Made by a program: the position numbers and the translations under genes. From positions 672,001-736,000 of the forward strand of contig CAWCKJ010000003.1 in NCBI GenBank assembly GCA_963796105.1: a stretch of 64,000 nt of DNA, in the 5' to 3' direction. Positions within the stretch are counted from its first letter, which is position 1. Every line of letters begins with the position of its first letter. The notes beneath the pieces are model-generated. The model ran no database searches, was not told the origin of the DNA, and worked only from the letters and a program-made list of their open reading frames with translations. Shown here piece by piece: positions 52,869-61,295 of this stretch. The DNA is from a candidate division FCPU426 bacterium (GTDB taxonomy: Bacteria > Oederibacteriota > Muellerivitia > Muellerivitales > Muellerivitaceae).

Positions 52869-53072
52869 GCTTCCGAAGGAACCAGTGTGGTGCGTGGTTG
52901 ATGTTCTAGGGTTTTTGCAGGACCTATAAAGTTGTTCTGTGGTTCCGAAGGAACCCGTGGTGAAAGGTCGTTTTTTCGGCTGAGTCCCTGTGGTGAATGG
53001 TGGTTGATTTTTTATTTTTCGTCTTATTAATTTGAAATATTTACCGTGGTTCCGAAGGAACCTGTGGTGAAA
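52869..53072. repeat. Cluster of REP-like hairpin repeats GTGGTTCCGAAGGAACCNGTGGTGAAA
   Basis: Copies near 52871 (partial), 52939-52965 and 53046-53072; a variant at 59227-59253. Confidence 0.75.
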
Positions 53073-53080
53073 CGTTGTTT

Positions 53081-54427
53081 TTAATAAAGCGCGAAGGGCC
53101 TTCTCTCGGCCAATAACCTGTAATCCTTCCCATCGATCGCCTGTTGCATCTTGACCCGGTATTGCGAATAAACCGAGATGCCCCTTTCGTGAATCTTGAA
53201 GGCATATCCGATCTGGAAAAAAACAGCCGCGAAAATGAAAACCACCCCCAAAATCCTCCAGAAGCGTTTGACTGCCAGGTACTCCCAACAATAAAAGGAA
53301 TAAATCATGATGACCGGCAGGGCCTCGTAATAGCGGTGGGCGGAAGGGGGCTTCACGGAGAACCAGAAGAGAAAATAAACGGCTAAAACCACGGCCAGGG
53401 TCAGAAACTTCACCCGTACCCACTCAGGCCTTGGATGTTTCCGGATAAACCAAAGGACAAACAAGGCCCCGGCCTGGAGAATTCCCGCCCCCCAAAGGAA
53501 AAATCCCGGTTTGGCCAACCAGGGCGATTTCAGCAAAAAGTCCACCCTTTCCGGGGTATGTTCCCCCAGGAAGCGGGGCAGTTCAAAACTCGCGAAAGAC
53601 AACAGACGGAAAATCACCGTGAATAGCGCCATCGCGTTGCCCAGGTTGAAAGGGGCGGAATAACCCTGGAGATTGCCGGTCATTCCGAAGCCATGAACAA
53701 TATAGGTAGGCGCCAACAACGCCAATAGGGGCGAAGCCCCCAGGCTCCCGAAGATTAGCGCTGACCGGATAGTTCCCGTCTTCCATTGTATATAGAGGGA
53801 ATAGGCCGCGAAGGGGATGAACATCACGAAGGACATATGCAGTTGGGCGACCCAGAAAAAGCCGAAACCCATCAAGACATTGGACAAGGCAAGCGAAAGG
53901 ACATTACAGCTCAAAGCTGGTAAAGACTCCATGAACCCGATGAAAAACAAGACAGCCCCCACGATGGAATAGGACTGGTTCATGACCTGGGTGGAAAAAT
54001 GGGTGGTCCAGGGCGCGATGAAGACCCAGGTGTAAATGAACCAGGGGGGAATGCCTGGCGTCCTCCTGCAACAATACCAACCCAGGAAAAACCAGGCGGC
54101 GAAGGTTAAAAGATTGAGGAACAAGTAAGGGGATTCCGCGGTGGGCCACAGCCTCAAGGGGACCGAAACCAGCAATCCCTCCAGGGCCCCCGCCATTTGG
54201 CCTTGGTAGGAAGTCCCCCCTCCCTGCATATCCGTGCCGTAATAGGGCCAGGTTTGGGTCGTGAAGGATTTCAAGCCGACCAGGTAGGTTTGCACTTCGT
54301 CCTCGTCGGTCGTGATAGAAGGGCAATTGAGGCCGAAATAAAAGCGGAAAAGGAAAGCCGCGACGAGAAAAGCGAAAAACCAGAACTTCTTGTTTTGACT
54401 GAGGAAAGGAATGTCTCCCCTATTCAC
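53081..54427 (-). CDS. Polytopic membrane protein, GT-C glycosyltransferase-like
   Basis: First TM ending FRF, followed by an acidic TDEDE loop; about 11 TM segments; QLHMS. Confidence 0.55.
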   Translation of the reverse strand: MNRGDIPFLSQNKKFWFFAFLVAAFLFRFYFGLNCPSITTDEDEVQTYLVGLKSFTTQTWPYYGTDMQGGGTSYQGQMAGALEGLLVSVPLRLWPTAESPYLFLNLLTFAAWFFLGWYCCRRTPGIPPWFIYTWVFIAPWTTHFSTQVMNQSYSIVGAVLFFIGFMESLPALSCNVLSLALSNVLMGFGFFWVAQLHMSFVMFIPFAAYSLYIQWKTGTIRSALIFGSLGASPLLALLAPTYIVHGFGMTGNLQGYSAPFNLGNAMALFTVIFRLLSFASFELPRFLGEHTPERVDFLLKSPWLAKPGFFLWGAGILQAGALFVLWFIRKHPRPEWVRVKFLTLAVVLAVYFLFWFSVKPPSAHRYYEALPVIMIYSFYCWEYLAVKRFWRILGVVFIFAAVFFQIGYAFKIHERGISVYSQYRVKMQQAIDGKDYRLLAERRPFALY

Positions 54428-54469
54428 CGCGGCTCCCTTTGAACCAAGAATGGATTGGATTTTGGGAGT

Positions 54470-55795
54470 TTACCCCACGGGAATCGTCAGCACCACCGTA
54501 AAGGTGCTTCCCTTCCCCTCCTCGCTTCTCAGGGAAACTTCCCCGTTCATCTTCTCCACCAGGTGCTTCACGATGGAAAGGCCCAGTCCCGTCCCGCCCG
54601 CCTCCCGGCTCCGGGAGACATCCACCCGGAAAAACCTCTCGAAAACCCTCGATTGGGCCTCAGGGGGTATTCCCGGCCCATGGTCCTCCACCAACAATTC
54701 CATCCGGCCGTCCGGCCCCTGGGCGGAATAAACCCTGATTTCGGTCTTGGCCGCCGAGTATTTCACGGCGTTGTCCAGCAGGTTCTCGAACACGTGGAAC
54801 AACCCCTCCCTGTGCGCCTGGACCCGGACTCCTGGCGGAATCTCCTGGCGGATCATGATCTCCTTGGCCTCCCATTTGGCCTTTAACAGCTCGATCGCCT
54901 GTTGGGCCACCTCGGAGGGGTCCACCGGCTCCATCGAGGTGATGTAGAGCCCGCTCTCGATCTTGGACAGCTCCAGCACGTCGGTAATGAGGGCGTTCAA
55001 GCGGTGGGCCTGGTCGGAGATTTTCTTCAGGAACAAGCCCCGGTTTTTCTTGTCTTCCAGGGCGCCGGAAAGAAGGGTCTCCACATAGCCCAAGATCCCG
55101 GTCAAGGGCGTCCTCAGCTCATGGGACACGTTGGCCACGAACTCGGTCCTCATGCGCATCAGGCGCTTCAAGGAGGTGATGTCCGAGAAAACCACGATCT
55201 GGCCGAGGAGGGTGCCGTCCGCCACGCGGACCGCCCCCACGCTGACCGCGAAATACTTCTCATCCTTCCCCGCGAACTCGATCTCGCCAGCGGCCCTTCC
55301 CTGCGCCTTGGATTGGGCCAGGAGGTCCGCCAGAACCGGGTGGCGGACCACCTCCAGGTAATGCTTTCCTAGGTGGTCCTTTTCCAGGGTTTCCAGGATT
55401 TTCTCAGCCGAGGGGTTCATCAGCACGATGCGGTCGGCCTGGTTCAGGAGCAGGACTCCTTCCCCCATGCTGTTCAGGATGACATTCAGCATGGACTCGT
55501 TGGAACCGAGCCTTTGGAGCATTTCCTCGAAATTGCGGCCTGGAATGAAAACATCCCTGCCGCTCAAGGATTCGGGTGAGGGGGACGTTGCTGGGTCGGG
55601 GTCAGCGGGCTTTTCCGGTTTTGCCTGGTCCGAACCCGCGGGATGGAGGATAAACAACATGACCAGGCCCATCCCCATTCCAATGATGAGTAAAAAGGCC
55701 GAGTACCATTCCAGAAGCCTCAGGAACCCGAGGATTACGGCCAGCGCAATGGCCAGGAGAAAGACCGTCCAGAATAGGCGTTTGGAAATTCTCAT
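54470..55795 (-). CDS. PhoR-like PAS sensor histidine kinase
   Basis: FVANVSHELRTPLT, NLLDNAVKY, DHGPGI, FERFFRVD..RSRE.GGTGLGLSIVKH. Confidence 0.88.
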   Translation of the reverse strand: MRISKRLFWTVFLLAIALAVILGFLRLLEWYSAFLLIIGMGMGLVMLFILHPAGSDQAKPEKPADPDPATSPSPESLSGRDVFIPGRNFEEMLQRLGSNESMLNVILNSMGEGVLLLNQADRIVLMNPSAEKILETLEKDHLGKHYLEVVRHPVLADLLAQSKAQGRAAGEIEFAGKDEKYFAVSVGAVRVADGTLLGQIVVFSDITSLKRLMRMRTEFVANVSHELRTPLTGILGYVETLLSGALEDKKNRGLFLKKISDQAHRLNALITDVLELSKIESGLYITSMEPVDPSEVAQQAIELLKAKWEAKEIMIRQEIPPGVRVQAHREGLFHVFENLLDNAVKYSAAKTEIRVYSAQGPDGRMELLVEDHGPGIPPEAQSRVFERFFRVDVSRSREAGGTGLGLSIVKHLVEKMNGEVSLRSEEGKGSTFTVVLTIPVG

Positions 55796-55855
55796 GTGGG
55801 ATTTACGTTACCAATCTATTGGGTTGGGGTCAATCCGGATCAAGAGGGAGACGGC

Positions 55856-56539
55856 TTAAACCTCTTCCTTGAACAAGTAGCCATATCCCTTGACCGTCTG
55901 GATGTTTTTCTCATAGAGGCCCAGCTTTTCCCTGAGACGCCGCACGTGGACGTCCACCGTCCGGGTAGTCCCGAAATAATCATATCCCCAGACGTTGTTC
56001 AAAAGGACGTCCCGGGAAAGGACCCGGCCGGAGTGGGTGAGGAAATAGTCCAGGAGCTCGAATTCCTTGGCGGTCAAATCCATCTTCTGGTTCTTCAGGG
56101 AAACCTCGTGCTTGGCCCTGTTCAAGGAGAGGTCCTTGAATTTCTGGATGGCCTCGCCCTCCTGGGACTTGGAAAAACGCCTCAAGACGGCCCTCACCCT
56201 CGCCAGCAGTTCCTTGATAGAGAAGGGCTTTGTGACATAGTCGTCCGCCCCCAGCTCCAGACCCACGATCTTGTCAGACTCCTCCCCCTTGGCCGTCAGC
56301 ATCACGACCGGGATATGGTTGGTCTTGGGATTGGCCTTCAGGGTCTTGCAGACAGTCAAGCCGTCCGTCTTGGGAAGCATCAGGTCCAAAAGGACCAGGT
56401 CCGGCATTTTCTCAGGAATTTTCTTCAGGGCGGCCTCACCGTCCATTTCGGAGAGCACGCGGTAGCCGTCTTTTTCCAGGTTGTAGGTCAAAAGGTCAAC
56501 CAGGTCCTTCTCGTCTTCCACGACAAATATTTGTTTCAT
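55856..56539 (-). CDS. PhoB/PhoP-like OmpR-family response regulator
   Basis: VVEDE, LLDLMLP, LTAKGEESD, GADDYVTKPF, RTVDVHVRRLREK. Confidence 0.9.
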   Translation of the reverse strand: MKQIFVVEDEKDLVDLLTYNLEKDGYRVLSEMDGEAALKKIPEKMPDLVLLDLMLPKTDGLTVCKTLKANPKTNHIPVVMLTAKGEESDKIVGLELGADDYVTKPFSIKELLARVRAVLRRFSKSQEGEAIQKFKDLSLNRAKHEVSLKNQKMDLTAKEFELLDYFLTHSGRVLSRDVLLNNVWGYDYFGTTRTVDVHVRRLREKLGLYEKNIQTVKGYGYLFKEEV

Positions 56540-56598
56540 ATGGGCCTTTCCCCGGTCGGAAACTTGGGTTACGGATAGGTCCCGGGTCTCAGGAATGG

Positions 56599-56642
56599 AT
56601 TATAGACAGGCGGTTCAAAAGCCACTGTTAACAGCTTGTAAA
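56599..56642 (-). promoter_or_regulatory. Pho-box-like site and -10 hexamer upstream of the phoB-like gene
   Basis: Minus strand TTTACA-AGCTG-TTAACA (56642-56626) and TATAAT (56604-56599). Confidence 0.55.
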
Positions 56643-56816
56643 ACCCGTTCGTCACGCCGATTCAAAACAGTCATAATTCCAAAGAATTTAAGGCTTCAGG
56701 TGACATCGATTCAAGGTGAAGCAGGTCAAATATTAACCTTTTGTTTACCCCCCATTCAAATGAATCTTCGATCCGTGCCCTATTCTCCCCGCGTCAAAAA
56801 GAATAAGGAGCCTTCC

Positions 56817-57209
56817 ATGAAAAAAATCATGTTGATTGATTCCGACACCTCCCATCTCAAGCGGATGAACGACATTTTATCGAGGGACTTCAACGTCCTG
56901 ATTTGCAGCAGGGGCCACAAAGCCTGGGAATTGTTCAATTTATTCAACCCCGGCGCGCTGGTGCTTGATCCCGTGGCCACCGGATTGAACACCTCGGAAT
57001 TTTTTCCCAGGGTCCGCAGGAAAACCTGGCCTGATTCCATTCCCATCATCGCCATGACCCGTTTGACCACCCTCAAGCACATCGAGAAGAGTTTCGACTG
57101 GGGGGCGGATATAGTCCTTTCCAAGCCCTGCGATGCCGAAAGAGTCCGGAAAAAGCTGATGGAATTACTTCCCTCGGATGAAAGCCTGCCGGAATTAGCC
57201 AGGGTTTAA
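56817..57209 (+). CDS. Single-domain response regulator, atypical
   Basis: KIMLIDSD, LVLD, IPIIAMT, GADIVLSKP; AAGGAG RBS. Confidence 0.8.
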   Translation: MKKIMLIDSDTSHLKRMNDILSRDFNVLICSRGHKAWELFNLFNPGALVLDPVATGLNTSEFFPRVRRKTWPDSIPIIAMTRLTTLKHIEKSFDWGADIVLSKPCDAERVRKKLMELLPSDESLPELARV

Positions 57210-57252
57210 GCTGAAATATATTTACAAAGTTGCCCAGTGGATCAGGTTATAT

Positions 57253-57287
57253 AAAAAAAGCGGGAGGCTTTGCCCCCCGCTTTTTTT
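57253..57287. terminator. Bidirectional intrinsic terminator
   Basis: AAAAAAAGCGGGAGGC...GCCCCCCGCTTTTTTT between convergent genes. Confidence 0.85.
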
Positions 57288-57299
57288 CATTTGTATTAA

Positions 57300-58631
57300 T
57301 CAAGAGTTGAAATTCGGGTCGTTCACCCTTCCCATGAAAAGCACCGTATTGGAGGCGTTATCCACGATCATGAAGATGAAGGGATGATCGACAACAAAGG
57401 GAATGTGCGGGGGCTGCATGATGACCGCCTGTATCGTCGTTCCCACCACGACACCCGTCGCGGCGACAGCGGTGGTGCCAGTCTCATCCACGTCCACATA
57501 AGCCTTGTGGATGACGCTCGTGATGTATAAATCCTTGTATCCATCGATTCCCGAGAAATCAGCCCCAGTCCCCGCTTGGGGTACGGGCTTTGTAAAGGCC
57601 AAGGGCATGCCGATGATGGATAAGCCCTGGCTTAAATCATAATTAGTGCTGAACGTGAACTTTGGCAGGGCCAAATCCACCTGCCGCACCGATGTTCCCG
57701 TCATGGCGGCGGAATTGGCCGCCAGCCAGGCGTTGAGGTTATCCCCGCTCATGGCACCCTCGAGGGCGGCCATCCCCCCTTGGGGCGGCAGGAACACGTA
57801 CATGGAGGCCTCGTTGTTCTGGTAAGGGATCGCGAGCACGCTGGCGGCGCCATTGTAGCTCCCGACGTTGGCGGAAAGGGTTTCATTCATCATCGAGACT
57901 GATTCGGAGGTTGTCGGATCGAGAAAGAAAGTTTGGGGCTTGGTGAAGGAAACAGGGAAAGCGGTTTGCCATGAGCCTTTGAAATAAATGGCGTTCGTCA
58001 ACACAAGCCTGGTGTATTTACCGATGCTATTTTGGCTCAACAGGTTCGGAATATATCCTTCCGTCTCCTGCGAGACGGCGCCGTTGATCGTCTGCAATGC
58101 CCCGCTTGGGTTACCGACGAAATCCACGTTCGTGACGCCAGCGTAATAGTCCGTCTCCACGACGTTGCGGTAGGTCGGCAGGATATTGAAGCCCTGCTGG
58201 ATCCAGAGGTTGTCCGCCGTGTCGAGGGTGTAATGCTTGCCCGGGGCGTTGATCTCCGCGATCAACTGCTGGAAAGACTGCTGGCGCGCGGCCGCGTCGT
58301 GGTTCAAATTCAAAACATTTTGCATCTGGACCGCGGTGTTGCCATTGGCGCCTTCCTGGGCCATTCCCAGGGCTGTGATGATGCTGAAGGGCGAGAAAAA
58401 GATGTTGCCCGACTGGGATTGGTAGAAATTATACAGGTTGGCGGAGAGGCAGTTGTCCGCCTGGGGGGCCGTGCAGGTGATGGCCTTGGCCTGTAGAGCG
58501 GGCGGGGAAACGATATTGTTGGCGGCCGTAGGAAGGTTCCTGCTGCATCCGGCGTAGAGTAGAAGGGCGGACACTGCCAGGGCTGAGATCCCGTGCATCC
58601 GGTAATTTTTTTTCACGATCGAAGCCTCCAT
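57300..58631 (-). CDS. Serpin family lipoprotein
   Basis: Lipobox YAGC; NIFFSPFSI, LTNAIYFKGSW, LPKF, VDETGTTAVAAT, VDHPFIF, LFMGRV. Confidence 0.93.
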   Translation of the reverse strand: MEASIVKKNYRMHGISALAVSALLLYAGCSRNLPTAANNIVSPPALQAKAITCTAPQADNCLSANLYNFYQSQSGNIFFSPFSIITALGMAQEGANGNTAVQMQNVLNLNHDAAARQQSFQQLIAEINAPGKHYTLDTADNLWIQQGFNILPTYRNVVETDYYAGVTNVDFVGNPSGALQTINGAVSQETEGYIPNLLSQNSIGKYTRLVLTNAIYFKGSWQTAFPVSFTKPQTFFLDPTTSESVSMMNETLSANVGSYNGAASVLAIPYQNNEASMYVFLPPQGGMAALEGAMSGDNLNAWLAANSAAMTGTSVRQVDLALPKFTFSTNYDLSQGLSIIGMPLAFTKPVPQAGTGADFSGIDGYKDLYITSVIHKAYVDVDETGTTAVAATGVVVGTTIQAVIMQPPHIPFVVDHPFIFMIVDNASNTVLFMGRVNDPNFNS

Positions 58632-58885
58632 ACAAAGGGTTTAAACATTCGGAAAATATTCGTACTTTTGGTAAATGCAAAAAACATACCATTCACAGGG
58701 ATATTGGGTGAGGTCGGGCACAACCGGCGGAAATGATTCGTTAAACATTGGGGGTTAAACCATGTTTTTCACTTTTAAAAAGGGCTTTTCTAAAGCGAAT
58801 TCACCTACTGGCTCAATGAATCCGCCGATTTTTAGCCCTAAAAAGTCAAAATAAACCCAATTAAATTCAAATACCTGACAACTTT

Positions 58886-59067
58886 ATTTTTCATTGCCTT
58901 GCGGTGAGCGCATGCAGGGAGCCTGCGGTGAGTTCGCTAGTGGTGAGGACATTCGGCCGAGCCACACGCACCGTAGCGTGCGGCAGTGAGTCGAGGCCCT
59001 TGGTCGAACCATCGAACCCGTCGAACCCGTAAGCCCTGAGGCTCTCGAAGGGTTCATTTTTCATTGC
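58886..59067. repeat. Nested REP-like cluster bounded by 12-bp direct repeats
   Basis: GGTGAG x3 then TCGAACC x3; ATTTTTCATTGC at 58886-58897 and 59056-59067. Confidence 0.7.
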
Positions 59068-59289
59068 TTTATCGCCCCTCAACCGCGAATTATAATCAAT
59101 GGCCGGCTCCCCTATTCCCCAAATAACAATAAATTCGTTTCTTTAAACCGTGGGGCATCGCACCGAAGTGAGTTGTTATAGAATTAATTGCATTAAAGCT
59201 TTGATGTTTATCCTATTTGTACCCTTGTGGTTCTGAAAGAACCCGTGGTGAAAATTGACTATTATTAGAAGTTCTAAGAATGGAATGCC

Positions 59290-60162
59290 ATGAAAGAAAC
59301 CTGGACACCCCTTCGATTAATTCAATGGGCCATTCCCCTTTTACGGCAAAACCAGGTCCACCACCCCCGCCATAGCGCCTTCAGCCTGGTGGCTTTCGCG
59401 TTGGGGATGGATACCTTGAAACTCCACCTGCATTTCGACCGGTTATTGAAAAAATCCGAGGTCCAAAGAATCAAAAGACTGGTCTCTCGCAGATTGAGGC
59501 ACGAACCCCTGGAATACATCCTCGGGGAGATCTACTTTTTCGGCCTGCCCTTCAAGGTATCCCCTGCGGTCTTGAGGCCCAGGCTGGGGACAGGCCAGTT
59601 GGTGGAAATGGCCTTGGAAACCCTGGCCCAATTGCCCCGGGAAAAACGCCTGGTATTGGATCTGGGGACCGGCTGCGGAAACATCGCCCTCTCCGTCGCC
59701 AAATACATCCCCTGCCGGGTCTGGGCCGTGGAACTCTCGTCCAAAGCCCTGGCGGTCGCGAAAGCCAACGCCCGCCGCTTGGGGGTCGCTTCATCCCTCC
59801 AATGGCGCCAAGGGGATTGGTTCTCAGCCTTGACTCCCCGGGACCCTTCCCGGTTCCAGGTCATTCTTTGCAACCCGCCTTACATCGCCCGGTCGGAAGA
59901 GGAATATTTGAACGAAGAAATCACGGGGTTTGAGCCCCCAGTGGCCCTCTACGGCGGCAAGACCGGCCTGGACCCTTACCGGGCCGTGGCCCGGGGCCTT
60001 TCCAAAAAGCTGGCGCTGGGCGGGGTGGCCCTGATGGAGCTGGAACCCGGCCGCGCCAAGGAAGTCAGTTCCCTTTTCAAGGGCCAGGGTTTGAGGAGAA
60101 GCTTCGGCAAGGATGACGCGGGGGTGAACCGGGTGCTCGTGCTGGAAAAAAGGCAATTTTAA
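59290..60162 (+). CDS. HemK/PrmC family N5-glutamine methyltransferase, divergent
   Basis: RRLRHEPLEYILG, LDLGTGCG, CNPPY, FEPPVALYGG. Confidence 0.85.
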   Translation: MKETWTPLRLIQWAIPLLRQNQVHHPRHSAFSLVAFALGMDTLKLHLHFDRLLKKSEVQRIKRLVSRRLRHEPLEYILGEIYFFGLPFKVSPAVLRPRLGTGQLVEMALETLAQLPREKRLVLDLGTGCGNIALSVAKYIPCRVWAVELSSKALAVAKANARRLGVASSLQWRQGDWFSALTPRDPSRFQVILCNPPYIARSEEEYLNEEITGFEPPVALYGGKTGLDPYRAVARGLSKKLALGGVALMELEPGRAKEVSSLFKGQGLRRSFGKDDAGVNRVLVLEKRQF

Positions 60163-60168
60163 TCCCAT

Positions 60169-60210
60169 CGAGCCCCACGCACCATAGCGTGTGGCAGTGC
60201 TCAGGGCTTG
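60169..60210. repeat. 42-bp REP-like repeat, inverted copy of 61150-61191
   Basis: 38 of 42 positions match the reverse complement of 61150-61191 by manual alignment. Confidence 0.8.
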
Positions 60211-60317
60211 TTTTAAGTTTTGAATTCTAATCTTGCGGGAAAAAGCATTTTTGGGATCGAAGTTCTAAATGTAAAATTCAGCCATGGAATGCCCGAGGTA
60301 CTTTGTTTGATATTAAA

Positions 60318-60527
60318 TTATTTATTCCAATGGGTTGGTTGAATGCCGGCCTGGCGAAGTATTTCTTTAAGAAGGTGAATGCCGATATCGGCTTGGTGGG
60401 GATTGGGAATGCGGAGTTTCAACGGGCCCTTGACCATGAACATATGTTTTCCGCCACTGTAGGGGCCTTCAAAACCCAACCGGATTAAACCGCGGATAAG
60501 CTCGCGCCGGGATACCGGTTTAAGCAT
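60318..60527 (-). CDS. hicA: HicA family toxin
   Basis: 69 aa: PVSRRELIRGL..LGFEGP..GGKH...IPNPH..DIG..LLKEILRQAGI. Confidence 0.88.
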   Translation of the reverse strand: MLKPVSRRELIRGLIRLGFEGPYSGGKHMFMVKGPLKLRIPNPHQADIGIHLLKEILRQAGIQPTHWNK

Positions 60528-60760
60528 GTGCCGATCTTCCATAAAAATAAATTGAGACCGGTACGATACCAATCACTTTATAAGCTTCAAGATAGATTGG
60601 CATGTGCCGATCTTCCATAAAAATAAATTGAGACCGGTACGATACCAATCACTTTATAAGCTTCAAGATAGATTGGCATGTGCCGATCTTCCATAAAAAT
60701 AAATTGAGACCGGTACGATACCAATCACTTTATAAGCTTCAAGATAGATTGGCATGTGCC
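60524..60760. repeat. Three identical 76-bp tandem units plus a 9-bp partial unit
   Basis: GCATGTGCC starts at 60524, 60600, 60676 and 60752; the three full units read as identical. Confidence 0.95.
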
Positions 60761-60993
60761 AAGTTAGGTAATTTCAGGCGTTTTCCATGGATGGTAGGCA
60801 GTTTATCGCCATACTGGACTTTAAGTAAAACCCACTCCTCAAGGACTTCTTGTAAAACCCTTCGACAATCTTCCAAGCTCTTTTCGCTGGCCCAAATACC
60901 CCTCAAACCAGGGATTTCGCCATAATAATTTTTATCTTCTAGAATGCGATATTTTGCCTGGCCCATCGCAGCATGTATATATTGCATGAACAT
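60739..60993 (-). CDS. hicB: HicB family antitoxin (short form)
   Basis: QYIHAAMGQAKYRILED..YYGEIPGLRGIWA..SLEDCR..LQEVLEEW; AAGGAG RBS. Confidence 0.88.
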   Translation of the reverse strand: MFMQYIHAAMGQAKYRILEDKNYYGEIPGLRGIWASEKSLEDCRRVLQEVLEEWVLLKVQYGDKLPTIHGKRLKLPNLAHANLS

Positions 60994-61089
60994 TTTTACT
61001 TCTCCTTTTATCAAATGTAGTTTACCAAGAAGGAATGCCCAAATCAATTCGGGCCACAACTAAGGGTTTTAAGATTTGAAGCATTATTC

Positions 61090-61255
61090 ATTTTTCATTG
61101 CCCTGCGGTGAGTTCATGCGTGGTGAGCTTGGTCGAACCATCGAACCCGCAAGCCCGGAGTACTGCCACACGCTGTGGTGCGTGGGGCACGAAAGGTTCA
61201 TTTTAAACCTGTCCTGAGTAGTTCAACGAGCTCACCACAGGTTCTATCGAAGGTT
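61090..61255. repeat. Nested REP-like cluster related to 58886-59067
   Basis: ATTTTTCATTGC, GGTGAG x2, TCGAACC x2, CCTGAG...TCGAAGG. Confidence 0.7.
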
Positions 61256-61295
61256 TGCCGTTCAAAATCCAATAAGTTGTACCAGGATTGGGGTT

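Noticed and set aside
52830..53423. 197-aa minus-strand ORF with TTGSFGTT repeats
   Set aside because: Alternative frame of the 53081 gene running into the non-coding repeat cluster.
60524..60760. CRISPR array
   Set aside because: Units are identical with no unique spacers, and no cas genes are in the window.
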